A stretch of DNA of 64,000 nucleotides from Escherichia phage TrudiRoth: sequence record MZ501109; one strand, written 5' to 3'. The translations under genes and the position numbers were made by a program. Below are positions 10,364-19,165 of the stretch, piece by piece (positions within the stretch are counted from its first letter, which is position 1; the number at the start of each line of letters is the position of its first letter). The notes beneath the pieces are model-generated. The model had not been told where the DNA came from. It was given only the letters and a program-made list of their open reading frames with translations, and ran no database searches.

Positions 10364-10389
10364 TACACAAAAAGCCCCATATAGGGGCT
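10364..10389 (-). terminator. Rho-independent terminator
   Basis: Hairpin agcccc-atata-ggggct followed by tttttgtgt on minus strand. Confidence 0.6.
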
Positions 10390-10399
10390 AATTGGTTTC

Positions 10400-10696
10400 T
10401 TATCGGCCTACTGGAGAAGCACGATCTAACTCTGACTGGAGGCTCGTCACACGGCGAACTTTCGCAACAGGAATAAAACGGAAGCTATCATTAGTACGAG
10501 AGAAAACGAGGATTTCATCTTCTTTCGGCTTACGGATGCGCTCACGTTTAATACGCTCAGCCAGGTATTTATCCTGAGCTGGATCAAATTCCATCGTACC
10601 CTGAAGGTACGTGGTTCCTTTCTGACGAAGTTTTTCGTAATGAAGATAAAACTCACCAAATTTTTCGCATTGAGCAATAATTTCAGCTTTATTCAT
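10400..10696 (-). CDS. hypothetical protein (98 aa)
   Basis: ORF track; overlapping opposite-strand ORFs judged shadows. Confidence 0.5.
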   Translation of the reverse strand: MNKAEIIAQCEKFGEFYLHYEKLRQKGTTYLQGTMEFDPAQDKYLAERIKRERIRKPKEDEILVFSRTNDSFRFIPVAKVRRVTSLQSELDRASPVGR

Positions 10697-10732
10697 AACT
10701 GTATTCCTTGTGTTGGTGGATTTATCTAAGAA

Positions 10733-11143
10733 TTACTTAGTGATAGCTCGGATAGCTTCCGCCAGATGAGCAGCTGCTTTACCGGTCAGCTTGTCGATGA
10801 TTGCGTCGTCCAGGAAGTCCGGTGCTAAGCCAGCATCAGAGAATGCAGAGCGAAGATCGGAGTGAGCCTGAGCTTTGGAAGTACGAGAACCACCAGAAGC
10901 TTTTTCTCCAGTAGATGCGTTTGATTTAGAAGTAGAGCCAGCAGCTTTCTTGATATACAGACCTGCTTTGGTCAGCTTCATACGGAAACCGTTCGGAGTT
11001 ACACCATTTTCCTGAGCAATTTCGCTAACAATTTCCATGCTAACGCCCGGACGCTCATCTTCTGGGAATTGCTCCATACGAGCAACGTAGTCGGAAGACA
11101 TTTTTTCGAACAGTTCATCAGTCCACTGAGTTGGAGTAGTCAT
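10733..11143 (-). CDS. hypothetical, apparently highly expressed protein (136 aa)
   Basis: Host-like high-expression codon bias; canonical promoter directly upstream. Confidence 0.6.
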   Translation of the reverse strand: MTTPTQWTDELFEKMSSDYVARMEQFPEDERPGVSMEIVSEIAQENGVTPNGFRMKLTKAGLYIKKAAGSTSKSNASTGEKASGGSRTSKAQAHSDLRSAFSDAGLAPDFLDDAIIDKLTGKAAAHLAEAIRAITK

Positions 11144-11201
11144 ATTTTTCGATTTCCTTAATTAAGAATTAAACAGAATAGTTCTTTCAAACTATGAGAA
11201 T

Positions 11202-11230
11202 ATTATATCAAGAATTACAGGATTAAGCAA
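11202..11230 (-). promoter_or_regulatory. early-type sigma70 promoter (TTGCTT-17-TATAAT)
   Basis: Reverse complement reads cagTTGCTTaatcctgtaattcttgaTATAATattctc. Confidence 0.6.
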
Positions 11231-11250
11231 CTGAAATTTTTCAGTAACTG

Positions 11251-11514
11251 CTACACATCTAGTTCAACGATCTCCCAATCGTCGGCCAGAGCTTCGTCTA
11301 GGGTTAGGGAGGTGGTTTTCCATGTTGCGTCTTTTATATCGAACTTGGTATACCCATCTACATCAGGCCACCAAGTAAATTCGATAATATCATTATTATC
11401 AACATCTACCTTTATAATGGTAGAGTAGCAGCTACGAACATCCCAGTTAACCCAACTATCTCGCTGGAGATATTTTACGTCTCCAGCTTTTAACAGATCA
11501 GTTAGTTTACTCAC
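11251..11514 (-). CDS. hypothetical protein (87 aa)
   Basis: ORF track. Confidence 0.5.
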   Translation of the reverse strand: MSKLTDLLKAGDVKYLQRDSWVNWDVRSCYSTIIKVDVDNNDIIEFTWWPDVDGYTKFDIKDATWKTTSLTLDEALADDWEIVELDV

Positions 11515-12211
11515 GGCGTTTTCCTTTCTCTTTATCGAGTTTCAAGGCAGCTTTAACAGCTTCATTAACCAACGTGATAACTTCTTCACGACTCCACTTA
11601 AATCCTAGAGCTTTAACATCAACTCCCAGCTTTTCCAGATGTTTAACAGAAGCTAATTCGTAGTGCATATAGTGAACGTTCTGTTGTTTACCTTCTGATA
11701 ACAACCAAACACGGTAGCAGCCAACTGGGTTAGTCATTGCTTTCTTGATTTCACCAATACACTGATAGCCAGGAACCCAAACAAGTTCACCAACTTCAAA
11801 TTCTTCTGCCATTGCATCATCAGGAATCAGCGGTGGATTCAATGGATCAACAATATCGTTTAAACGAAGCAAAGCACCATAACGTTCCAGAACAGATTTA
11901 ATCATCGCTACAGAACGATAATTACGATCTGCGATTTCTTCAAAAGAATCACCAGAAAGATACTGTTCAATTACGTTTGCAAGCTCAACACCCTCAATCA
12001 GTGTTCCGCGCTTCTTCTTTTTCATTTCCGCAACTTGAACCTGACGATCTCTCCATTCTTCGATCATTCGTTCCATAGTTGGGTTAGAAGAAACACCGAG
12101 CATTTCACATGCTGCTTTCTTAGTACCACCATTCTCCAGATGTTCAATAACCTTTTTAAAGGTTTCATCAGGGATTTCATGGATAAGTTTCTTTCTACGA
12201 GAACCAGCCAT
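11507..12211 (-). CDS. putative HTH DNA-binding protein (234 aa)
   Basis: HTH-like segment TKKAACEMLGVSSNPTMERMIEEW; canonical promoter upstream. Confidence 0.5.
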   Translation of the reverse strand: MAGSRRKKLIHEIPDETFKKVIEHLENGGTKKAACEMLGVSSNPTMERMIEEWRDRQVQVAEMKKKKRGTLIEGVELANVIEQYLSGDSFEEIADRNYRSVAMIKSVLERYGALLRLNDIVDPLNPPLIPDDAMAEEFEVGELVWVPGYQCIGEIKKAMTNPVGCYRVWLLSEGKQQNVHYMHYELASVKHLEKLGVDVKALGFKWSREEVITLVNEAVKAALKLDKEKGKRRE

Positions 12212-12242
12212 ATTTAAACTCCTCTCTCAAATTTATGAATCT

Positions 12243-12271
12243 ATTATACAGAAAAATTTTCCTAAAAGCAA
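12243..12271 (-). promoter_or_regulatory. early-type sigma70 promoter (TTGCTT-17-TATAAT)
   Basis: Reverse complement reads ttatTTGCTTttaggaaaatttttctgTATAATagattcataaatttgagagagga. Confidence 0.6.
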
Positions 12272-12280
12272 ATAAATTTT

Positions 12281-12514
12281 TTATGATTCTTTGAGCAAAG
12301 AAGCAAGTTCAGCATAGACTTTATCTAACTCAAAGCCAATGCGAAGAGACACACGAGTCTTCCGTTGTTTAAGTAACCACTCGGATATGTTAGGGATGCC
12401 AGCTAATCTATGCGGTACCACCCTACATAGCTTTTCCGCAGTATCGTAAACAGAAGTTTTACGTTCTTTTACTGGGAACTTCCTTGTTTCCCACTTTTTA
12501 TTCTTCGCTGTCAT
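12281..12514 (-). CDS. hypothetical protein (about 77 aa; start adjusted to internal ATG)
   Basis: Track ORF 12281..12565 overlaps upstream gene by 68 nt; internal Met with G-rich RBS preferred. Confidence 0.4.
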   Translation of the reverse strand: MTAKNKKWETRKFPVKERKTSVYDTAEKLCRVVPHRLAGIPNISEWLLKQRKTRVSLRIGFELDKVYAELASLLKES

Positions 12515-15410
12515 TTCTAGCCCCCAATTCAGCAAGAGCTTCCTCATGCATCTGACGTTCTTCATCTGTCATAAACTTAACTGGAATCGGCATACATTCG
12601 ATCTTACAGTAAGTTCTGTACCAGTCCACAATCTTTTCCGTATCCAGATCTTTACCGATACCCATCATGCCAAGATACATACGAGCATATTTTGGGTTAG
12701 CGCTCTGACCTGTCTTAAGGAAGAAATCCTTCTTCTTATTCTTAAGAGCTTCGATAAACGGTTTGATTGTTACGTTTGAACACTTTTTAATATCTTCCCA
12801 GAACATGTCGTGCATCTTATGGAAGAATGCAGCTCTATCGTTTGGTTTATCCTTAATATACTGTTCAACGTGTTCCACTATTACATCTTTAATAGAATCC
12901 AGATGATAATAGCGAACCAGAAGTAACTTGGCTTCATAGGCATCTGCATGACGTGGTGCGCAATATTCAGGAGTTGAGTGCAAAATAGCTTTGATTCGCT
13001 CTTCTATATACTCGTTGCCTGCACCTTCGATAGTTCCCCAGCTTTCGCTGAAAATATCGATAGTTGCACCCTGATCAAGCAGATAATAACGCAAAGTACT
13101 AGTATAGTTTCTAGATTCCAGCTCACGACGACGTGCGTACAGTTGTTGGGCTAACTCAATCCAACCTTCGTCAATATTATATTGCTCGGAACCCGCAGAA
13201 AATCCACTCGTAGATTTATCAATAAAATAATAAATGTTCTGAGCACCACGGTCGCGCCTGATTGCTTGGAAACGCATGTTTGGCGCTTGGTTTGAGGTTC
13301 TAGTGATTACGAATACGTTATCAAAATAGTTAAAGTCAACACCACTCGTTACAGATGGACTACATAATAAACAATCAATCTGTTGATCAATTAGCTCATT
13401 AGTTGTATAATCCAGAATACGTCGGATATCTACATCAGACGTAGAGTTTGAGTGAATTTCTTTAACTAACGCACCAGTATTACGACGTAATGCCATTCCC
13501 TTCTCATTCAGTTCATCAGGGCCACAATCAGATACTAGGATTGATTTCTCCCCCATCTCTAAAGATGTTTGAAGTGCAACCCAAATACTGGATTCATCAG
13601 GGAATTCATAAGCATGAGCTTTTGCCAGCATTTTACGGTGATGATTATAGAACGCAACCGGTTTATCAAAATCAATCAAAGAACCATAGGCTTCAATCGT
13701 TTCTGCACTGATATCCCCATCAGATAAGATCACCGTTTTTGCAGTAATAAGAATATCACGAAGAACCTGAATACATTCACGACGGTTTTTAACAACCGGA
13801 GCGAATAACAGATCATTCATTACTGCGTCACATTCATCAATAAAGATCGTATCAATCTGACCCACAAAGCTCTTGAACTTATGTATAGAGTGAATAGTTG
13901 AAGACATACGATCAATAGCACCACGTTTGAAGTTCAGCATATCAACTGACTTATCATACTGGCCAGCACCGAATTTCTTCGCGTTAGAAGATACAAGTGC
14001 CCTAGTATTTGTGATTGCAATAAAGTTTCCTGGAAGAACACCTGCATCTAGCCACTTAGTTACTGCGGTAGTTTTACCCGTACCAAGACTTGCCTTAACA
14101 AATGTTAAATGTCCTTTTGGTGGTACAATATTAATTTTCAGGTATGGAACTTCTGGTGGAGAATCTGTGTCTAGACGTTTTAATGGTACACCTTTTAAGT
14201 TTGGTGGAATCTCACGTTTGGAGTTATTTACAAAGGCTTTGAGAGCCTGCTTACGACCGTTATTAAAGTAATCTTGAATATTACGACTATTATCCTTAGT
14301 TGCAATATATTCAGATAAGGCTGGTTTAATCTCACGTTCCAACCACGTAAAATCAACACCATCTTCTAACGCTCTGTGATAAAGTTTTGGGATAATACGC
14401 AGGTACACTCCATCCTCAGCTTCTTCTAGTTCGCTGATGGTTTCTTCCACTTTATCAGATGCAGCCTTCTTACCTTTAATTTGGTCAAGTAAGGAGTAGA
14501 ATTCTTCTTTGAACTCGCCTCTAGTTGTCTCAAAGTCAACTAGGTTATTAGGTAGATTCACCTTCGAACCCTTAACGTACACAAGACGTGGTTTATTCTC
14601 CGCTTTAAACGGATCGACTATACCATCATCAAATAAGGGATCTGCGAAATAGTGAAGCTGAACAGAAGAATAATAAGCTAAGTCAGCAATATCAAAGCCA
14701 TACTTTTGCTTACTACTGTCATTGATAGATGTAAATAAGAACTTTAACTGTCCCTGCGTTACCTTGACATTAGATTCTAGCATTAAGTGCATTCGGATAC
14801 CTAGTTTTAGGCCAGCCGAAGACGATGCATGAGCAATAAACCCTGCATCAAGAGGGAACATATCCTCACTAATACTATTCAACATCTTAATAATATGACG
14901 TGCCATGCCAACAAGATTAAACTTGTCATAGCCACCAGTATCTACAATACCATCCACGTCCATAGCAATAATATGACTAGGATTGGATACGTTAAAGTTT
15001 CCTCTGGTACGACGCACATTATCTTTTGGAGCTAGACATTTACCACGAATAGCTACAATATGCGGGTCTTTGGTAAGACGACGCATGATAGGTAACATTT
15101 CAGCAAGGTTTTGCGGGTCAAGTTCTTCAAGTACGTCAAATTTGAAGGGCATGGAAGCTGGTTTACCTTCTGGATGCTCTTTAGAGAATCGCTTTGCAAA
15201 GGTGTAATCTTCCACTTTGATCTCTTTCCAGATGCCAGTGGCTTTATCTCTGGAAAATCCTGCGTGACCTTGTAGGATTGAGAACACAACAATACTCCTA
15301 TGTTGGTTATTCGAATATCTTTCTTTAGGACTATTCAAAAGAATAGAACAACTATTACTACCATTTACACAAACATTAATCATCATCAAGCAGTATGAAT
15401 AAGTTATCAT
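12498..15410 (-). CDS. large SF2 helicase-domain protein (970 aa), putative replication initiation / origin-binding helicase
   Basis: Walker A KASLGTGKTT and DExD-like IFIDECD in central region. Confidence 0.65.
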   Translation of the reverse strand: MITYSYCLMMINVCVNGSNSCSILLNSPKERYSNNQHRSIVVFSILQGHAGFSRDKATGIWKEIKVEDYTFAKRFSKEHPEGKPASMPFKFDVLEELDPQNLAEMLPIMRRLTKDPHIVAIRGKCLAPKDNVRRTRGNFNVSNPSHIIAMDVDGIVDTGGYDKFNLVGMARHIIKMLNSISEDMFPLDAGFIAHASSSAGLKLGIRMHLMLESNVKVTQGQLKFLFTSINDSSKQKYGFDIADLAYYSSVQLHYFADPLFDDGIVDPFKAENKPRLVYVKGSKVNLPNNLVDFETTRGEFKEEFYSLLDQIKGKKAASDKVEETISELEEAEDGVYLRIIPKLYHRALEDGVDFTWLEREIKPALSEYIATKDNSRNIQDYFNNGRKQALKAFVNNSKREIPPNLKGVPLKRLDTDSPPEVPYLKINIVPPKGHLTFVKASLGTGKTTAVTKWLDAGVLPGNFIAITNTRALVSSNAKKFGAGQYDKSVDMLNFKRGAIDRMSSTIHSIHKFKSFVGQIDTIFIDECDAVMNDLLFAPVVKNRRECIQVLRDILITAKTVILSDGDISAETIEAYGSLIDFDKPVAFYNHHRKMLAKAHAYEFPDESSIWVALQTSLEMGEKSILVSDCGPDELNEKGMALRRNTGALVKEIHSNSTSDVDIRRILDYTTNELIDQQIDCLLCSPSVTSGVDFNYFDNVFVITRTSNQAPNMRFQAIRRDRGAQNIYYFIDKSTSGFSAGSEQYNIDEGWIELAQQLYARRRELESRNYTSTLRYYLLDQGATIDIFSESWGTIEGAGNEYIEERIKAILHSTPEYCAPRHADAYEAKLLLVRYYHLDSIKDVIVEHVEQYIKDKPNDRAAFFHKMHDMFWEDIKKCSNVTIKPFIEALKNKKKDFFLKTGQSANPKYARMYLGMMGIGKDLDTEKIVDWYRTYCKIECMPIPVKFMTDEERQMHEEALAELGARNDSEE

Positions 15411-15783
15411 ACCTCAGTGCTGCGCTCTCTTAACTCTTATCCAGATCAGAACCTAGGTCATTGGCCGCTAAGCCGATTCTGATTGCCCTCACTATCCTAT
15501 TGGTAGGTGGCTACTGGACGTGTCACCATTCGCTGCTCTTTTCGTTCGCACCCCCATATAAAGCTCTGCCTATATAACGAGCTAAATATGCACGGTTTGG
15601 ATTTACCTTTCCGAATTCAGGGTACGCAGATCACTTAATTGATAATTAACTAATGCAGTATAAACACTAGTAATAGTTAAAACAACCCTTAATGGGGCAG
15701 CCTAACTGTTCCGTATTGCGGATTGTAAACAAGAAAAATTAGCAAAATCAATTTTTACTAATGTCTCTCAATTCAATATAAAT

Positions 15784-15812
15784 ATTATATCAAGATTTTG
15801 AGCATCCTGCAA
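15784..15812 (-). promoter_or_regulatory. sigma70 promoter (TTGCAG-17-TATAAT) for the 970-aa gene, leaving a ~350-nt leader
   Basis: Reverse complement reads ttacTTGCAGgatgctcaaaatcttgaTATAATatttat. Confidence 0.5.
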
Positions 15813-15850
15813 GTAAAATTTTTCCGAAGGTGCTATCAGTGTCCTTGAGC

Positions 15851-15880
15851 ACAGAGAAAACCGAGTCATTTTGACTCGGT
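15851..15880 (-). terminator. Rho-independent terminator
   Basis: Perfect 9-bp stem accgagtca/tgactcggt, 3-nt loop, then tttctctg on minus strand. Confidence 0.65.
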
Positions 15881-15903
15881 AATCAGGATTGAGCTAATGA
15901 AAA

Positions 15904-16299
15904 TCAATCATCATTTAGGCCTGGGACATAGATTCCAATGCGATTTAATTGACCTTTAGCTTCTTCGAGAATATCTTCGGTGTACTCCCAAATATCATCT
16001 TCTACTTGCAAAAGATAAGGGGATTCACCAGTTTCGGGGTCACGTGTAATGGCTAAGCCACGTGGATGGAATATAGAGAAGTTGAGGGCAACAATCAAGC
16101 CCATACTGGACAATTCATTCCAGTCAGCTTCCCAACCATCATCTTCATCTTCGTCCACAAAGACACCTACACTAGGGTCTGTTACAGAAGTAAACGGAAA
16201 TGTTACACTAACCTTGTCAACCCCCAACCAACGTGCAAGGAGCCCTTCAGCACGCTCTACCAAACTAGGATCTATCTGACGCCAAAATACTTGTTCCAT
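15904..16299 (-). CDS. hypothetical protein (131 aa), paralog of the adjacent gene
   Basis: Shared segment W.ELS.MGL..ALN...F.P........TGE.P...V.....W.Y. Confidence 0.6.
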   Translation of the reverse strand: MEQVFWRQIDPSLVERAEGLLARWLGVDKVSVTFPFTSVTDPSVGVFVDEDEDDGWEADWNELSSMGLIVALNFSIFHPRGLAITRDPETGESPYLLQVEDDIWEYTEDILEEAKGQLNRIGIYVPGLNDD

Positions 16300-16308
16300 T
16301 CTGCCTCC

Positions 16309-16737
16309 TTAAGCAGTTAAACCTGGGATCATATACCCGAAACGACGAAGTTTCTGAATCCCCTCATTTACTTCCTCGGGCGAATATGACCAGCCCTCAC
16401 TTTCATTTACCTGGAAAGCAGGAGCTTCACCAGTGCGATAATTTACAATAAGACGGTGATTTGCAGGCATAAACAGCTTATGGTTCAAGGCAAAAACCAG
16501 ACCCATTTCATCGAGTTCTTTCCAGTCTACAATCTCTTCTACTCCCTCCCCTAAATCCACGCTAACTCCAATACACGGAGCTTCCTCTAGTGGGCCTTTA
16601 AAAGACAGGAAGATATCGTTATTCTCACACCAAATCTTAAGCAGATTGATGGTTTCATTGTACATACCATTAGGGAGAGAACGCCAGAAGTTGAGGAGCA
16701 TAGGATTTACCTCTTTCATGAAAATATTATTGAACAT
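16309..16737 (-). CDS. hypothetical protein (142 aa), paralog of the adjacent gene
   Basis: Alignable by eye over ~70 residues with the 131-aa neighbour. Confidence 0.6.
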   Translation of the reverse strand: MFNNIFMKEVNPMLLNFWRSLPNGMYNETINLLKIWCENNDIFLSFKGPLEEAPCIGVSVDLGEGVEEIVDWKELDEMGLVFALNHKLFMPANHRLIVNYRTGEAPAFQVNESEGWSYSPEEVNEGIQKLRRFGYMIPGLTA

Positions 16738-16739
16738 GC

Positions 16740-17255
16740 TTATACCTTAAGTTTCTGAAGAGCCTTACACATTTCAAGATCTGGACTAAATTCCAGCATA
16801 TAGCTTATAGCATTTAAATCTTGAAGGTTTATTCCAGTCCTGCCATTTACAATAACAGTAGGAAATTGGTACATCATAGCACCAGCATCATCTAGGACGC
16901 ACCAATGCTTGAGCTTATGTTTTTCTACGAAACGTAAGACAGAATTACCTCGAGATAAACCACCTCCAGTAAAATCTGTTGTACCAAGAAAACGATCGAT
17001 CAAACCGAGTCCGGTCATAATCTGAACGTTCTCCATTTCATTTCGTACAGAAAACCATGAAGAGACCCCAACAATCATTATTGGGGAGGGTTTAAGAAAG
17101 TTCTGAAAAGCCTGGAGTAATGGCTTATAAACCCAATCACTGCCAAAGAACAGCTTTTCACTGTCTGGAGCATAATGGTGAGAGATGCTCGAATTGAGCA
17201 CCCCATCAATATCCAGGAAAATCACAGGAGTATTACTTATTTCCACCAGTAGCAT
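16740..17255 (-). CDS. HAD-superfamily phosphatase (nucleotidase-like)
   Basis: HAD motif I FLDIDGVLN near N-terminus and motif IV VLDDAG; start probably the internal Met (MLLVEI). Confidence 0.6.
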   Translation of the reverse strand: MLLVEISNTPVIFLDIDGVLNSSISHHYAPDSEKLFFGSDWVYKPLLQAFQNFLKPSPIMIVGVSSWFSVRNEMENVQIMTGLGLIDRFLGTTDFTGGGLSRGNSVLRFVEKHKLKHWCVLDDAGAMMYQFPTVIVNGRTGINLQDLNAISYMLEFSPDLEMCKALQKLKV

Positions 17256-17418
17256 CCCACGTCCAGACTTTAACTTCATCAGTAAAAGGAACTGGAACCT
17301 TCAATTCACCTTTACCCCACATAACAGATAGGAACAGAGAATAAATGGTAATCATACCGATTAGGTTGACAAACCATACTAGACCTTTCCAGATACCCTT
17401 AAAAATCTTCTTCACCAT
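17233..17418 (-). CDS. small membrane protein (about 61 aa)
   Basis: Hydrophobic helix WFVNLIGMITIYSLFLSVMW; strong RBS aaggaggg before internal Met. Confidence 0.4.
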   Translation of the reverse strand: MVKKIFKGIWKGLVWFVNLIGMITIYSLFLSVMWGKGELKVPVPFTDEVKVWTWDATGGNK

Positions 17419-17581
17419 ATTCTCCCTCCTTAATAAGGAACTCTTTCCATTCTGCTGTATCCTCATAGATAACGCAGAAATCATCACTCTTCCATGAGAA
17501 GTCATCGGTAGCAAATTCGAAACGGTAGCACCAACTACCGTCCGGCCATACTAAAAGATCACACATGCTCTTGCGGTGCAT
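17399..17581 (-). CDS. hypothetical protein (60 aa)
   Basis: ORF track; RBS ggaagg upstream. Confidence 0.4.
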   Translation of the reverse strand: MHRKSMCDLLVWPDGSWCYRFEFATDDFSWKSDDFCVIYEDTAEWKEFLIKEGEYGEEDF

Positions 17582-18410
17582 AAATAGTTCCTTCCATAAA
17601 GGCTTCTACTTGACCAATGAAATGCTTGTTACCAAAAACTTCGGCAGCTCCAGCCCGCCATACAGTAACACCACGTTTCTCATACTCAAGCTGTTCATCA
17701 TAACGAACTTGAGGGTTAACAACCATCATCTTAGTTCCACGACATACAGCAGGAAATAGCTCCCAGTTGAAGTCGATTACTTGGTTGCTACAACCTACTA
17801 CAATAACCATATCATTGCTAGTAAGTGTATCAAACAGGTTAATCTGACCCATATACCACGGAGCCGTCTCACCAAAGAATGTTACGTTTGGTTTTACCCA
17901 TTCGTAATCCTCAGGGGCAATCGCAGTATACCCAACATCTTCGATGATTTGGTTGCGACCCTGACGATAGATCACCTCTTTCAAGTACCCGTGAGCGTGA
18001 ATGATTTCATCACGAGGGATACCAGCACGTTCCAGAAGGTCATCAACGTTAGTAGTGAAGTTCTTCACGCTATCCGCACCATAACGCTGGAACCATTCTG
18101 CAATTCGCAGATGGGCAATGTTAGGCTCAACAGTCTGTAATTCCTGACGACGCATGTTGTAGAACTCATGAGTCTTGAGATACAGATCGTTACCATCTTT
18201 ATCAATGCCAGGGAAACGAGCACTGAAGTAGTTAGGATCATCTTCACCACAGAAGCGACGGAAGCCAGCTTCAAAGTTAGGCAAGCTACATACTTCCTCT
18301 AGATCGTACTCATCCCACAAGGATTTCCCACTAGCAGTATCAGTACGGAAAGCACGAACACCACTATCTACACTCAAACCTGCACCACTAACAACGATTA
18401 GTCTACGCAT
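17559..18410 (-). CDS. Sir2-family (sirtuin-like) NAD-binding protein lacking a Zn-ribbon
   Basis: Sirtuin motifs GAGLSVDSG...FR, TTNVDDLLERAG...HAHG, VTFFGE, VVGCS; no CxxC pairs. Confidence 0.65.
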   Translation of the reverse strand: MRRLIVVSGAGLSVDSGVRAFRTDTASGKSLWDEYDLEEVCSLPNFEAGFRRFCGEDDPNYFSARFPGIDKDGNDLYLKTHEFYNMRRQELQTVEPNIAHLRIAEWFQRYGADSVKNFTTNVDDLLERAGIPRDEIIHAHGYLKEVIYRQGRNQIIEDVGYTAIAPEDYEWVKPNVTFFGETAPWYMGQINLFDTLTSNDMVIVVGCSNQVIDFNWELFPAVCRGTKMMVVNPQVRYDEQLEYEKRGVTVWRAGAAEVFGNKHFIGQVEAFMEGTIYAPQEHV

Positions 18411-18604
18411 TATACGATTCCTTGCTTGAATCCTTCGATGATATTTTGGAGCAGAATTGCTTCTTCTGGGCGAACCTTCTCTTGCTTAATAAGCATATCC
18501 AAACCAGCAATACAGGTAGCTACTCCAGCATTATACCCAGCATTCCACTGCTCCATGAGCATATTTTCTAAATTACTTTTTAGATTCTGATTCAAGAAGT
18601 CCAT
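18410..18604 (-). CDS. hypothetical protein (about 64 aa; start adjusted)
   Basis: Track ORF 18410..18688; internal Met preceded by ggagg RBS. Confidence 0.4.
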   Translation of the reverse strand: MDFLNQNLKSNLENMLMEQWNAGYNAGVATCIAGLDMLIKQEKVRPEEAILLQNIIEGFKQGIV

Positions 18605-18776
18605 AAAGTTTTTCCTCCAATTCCATAATACGATTTTCGTAAGAAGCACGCAGCTTCTCGATGGACAAAGCACGAACTGTAACTTCATCTGAATTGATCG
18701 CTAGCTGAGCTAGATCTTCTGTTTCCATACGTCCGTTGTAAATTAAGCGATATTTAAGATGTTTTACGTTTTTCAT
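18573..18776 (-). CDS. hypothetical protein (67 aa)
   Basis: ORF track. Confidence 0.4.
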   Translation of the reverse strand: MKNVKHLKYRLIYNGRMETEDLAQLAINSDEVTVRALSIEKLRASYENRIMELEEKLYGLLESESKK

Positions 18777-18785
18777 TCTTGTTCC

Positions 18786-19067
18786 TTAGTTCTGTACTGT
18801 AAATTCATTCTTATCACAGTGAGCATAATAATACCCATACATACGATAAATTTTCACAGCCTTAGTAGACCCCTTCGATTCTTCATAATCAATCCAGAGC
18901 CACTTGTCTTTACCTACATAATGTACCCGAAACTTCTTAACTTTCTTATCATTCCATGTTGCAACAACACGACGATAATCAAATCCGCCCAACCAATCTA
19001 GAGCCTTACGTTCTTCACTAGGCTCTCCAAGATGGGAAACATCTACTTTTGGAAGCAATTCGCTCAT
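18786..19067 (-). CDS. hypothetical protein (93 aa)
   Basis: ORF track; canonical promoter upstream. Confidence 0.5.
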   Translation of the reverse strand: MSELLPKVDVSHLGEPSEERKALDWLGGFDYRRVVATWNDKKVKKFRVHYVGKDKWLWIDYEESKGSTKAVKIYRMYGYYYAHCDKNEFTVQN

Positions 19068-19095
19068 AGCTTTCTCCTCTCAAATTTATAAATCA

Positions 19096-19124
19096 ATTAT
19101 ACATAAGTTTTAGTTCGAAAGCAA
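19096..19124 (-). promoter_or_regulatory. early-type sigma70 promoter (TTGCTT-17-TATAAT)
   Basis: Reverse complement reads ttatTTGCTTtcgaactaaaacttatgTATAATtgatttataaatttgagaggag. Confidence 0.6.
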
Positions 19125-19125
19125 A

Positions 19126-19159
19126 TAAAATAAAAGCCAGGTCGACTAGCAACCTGGCT
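19126..19159 (-). terminator. Rho-independent terminator downstream of nrdD
   Basis: 7-bp stem agccagg/cctggct, then U-tract on minus strand. Confidence 0.6.
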
Positions 19160-19165
19160 GATTCA

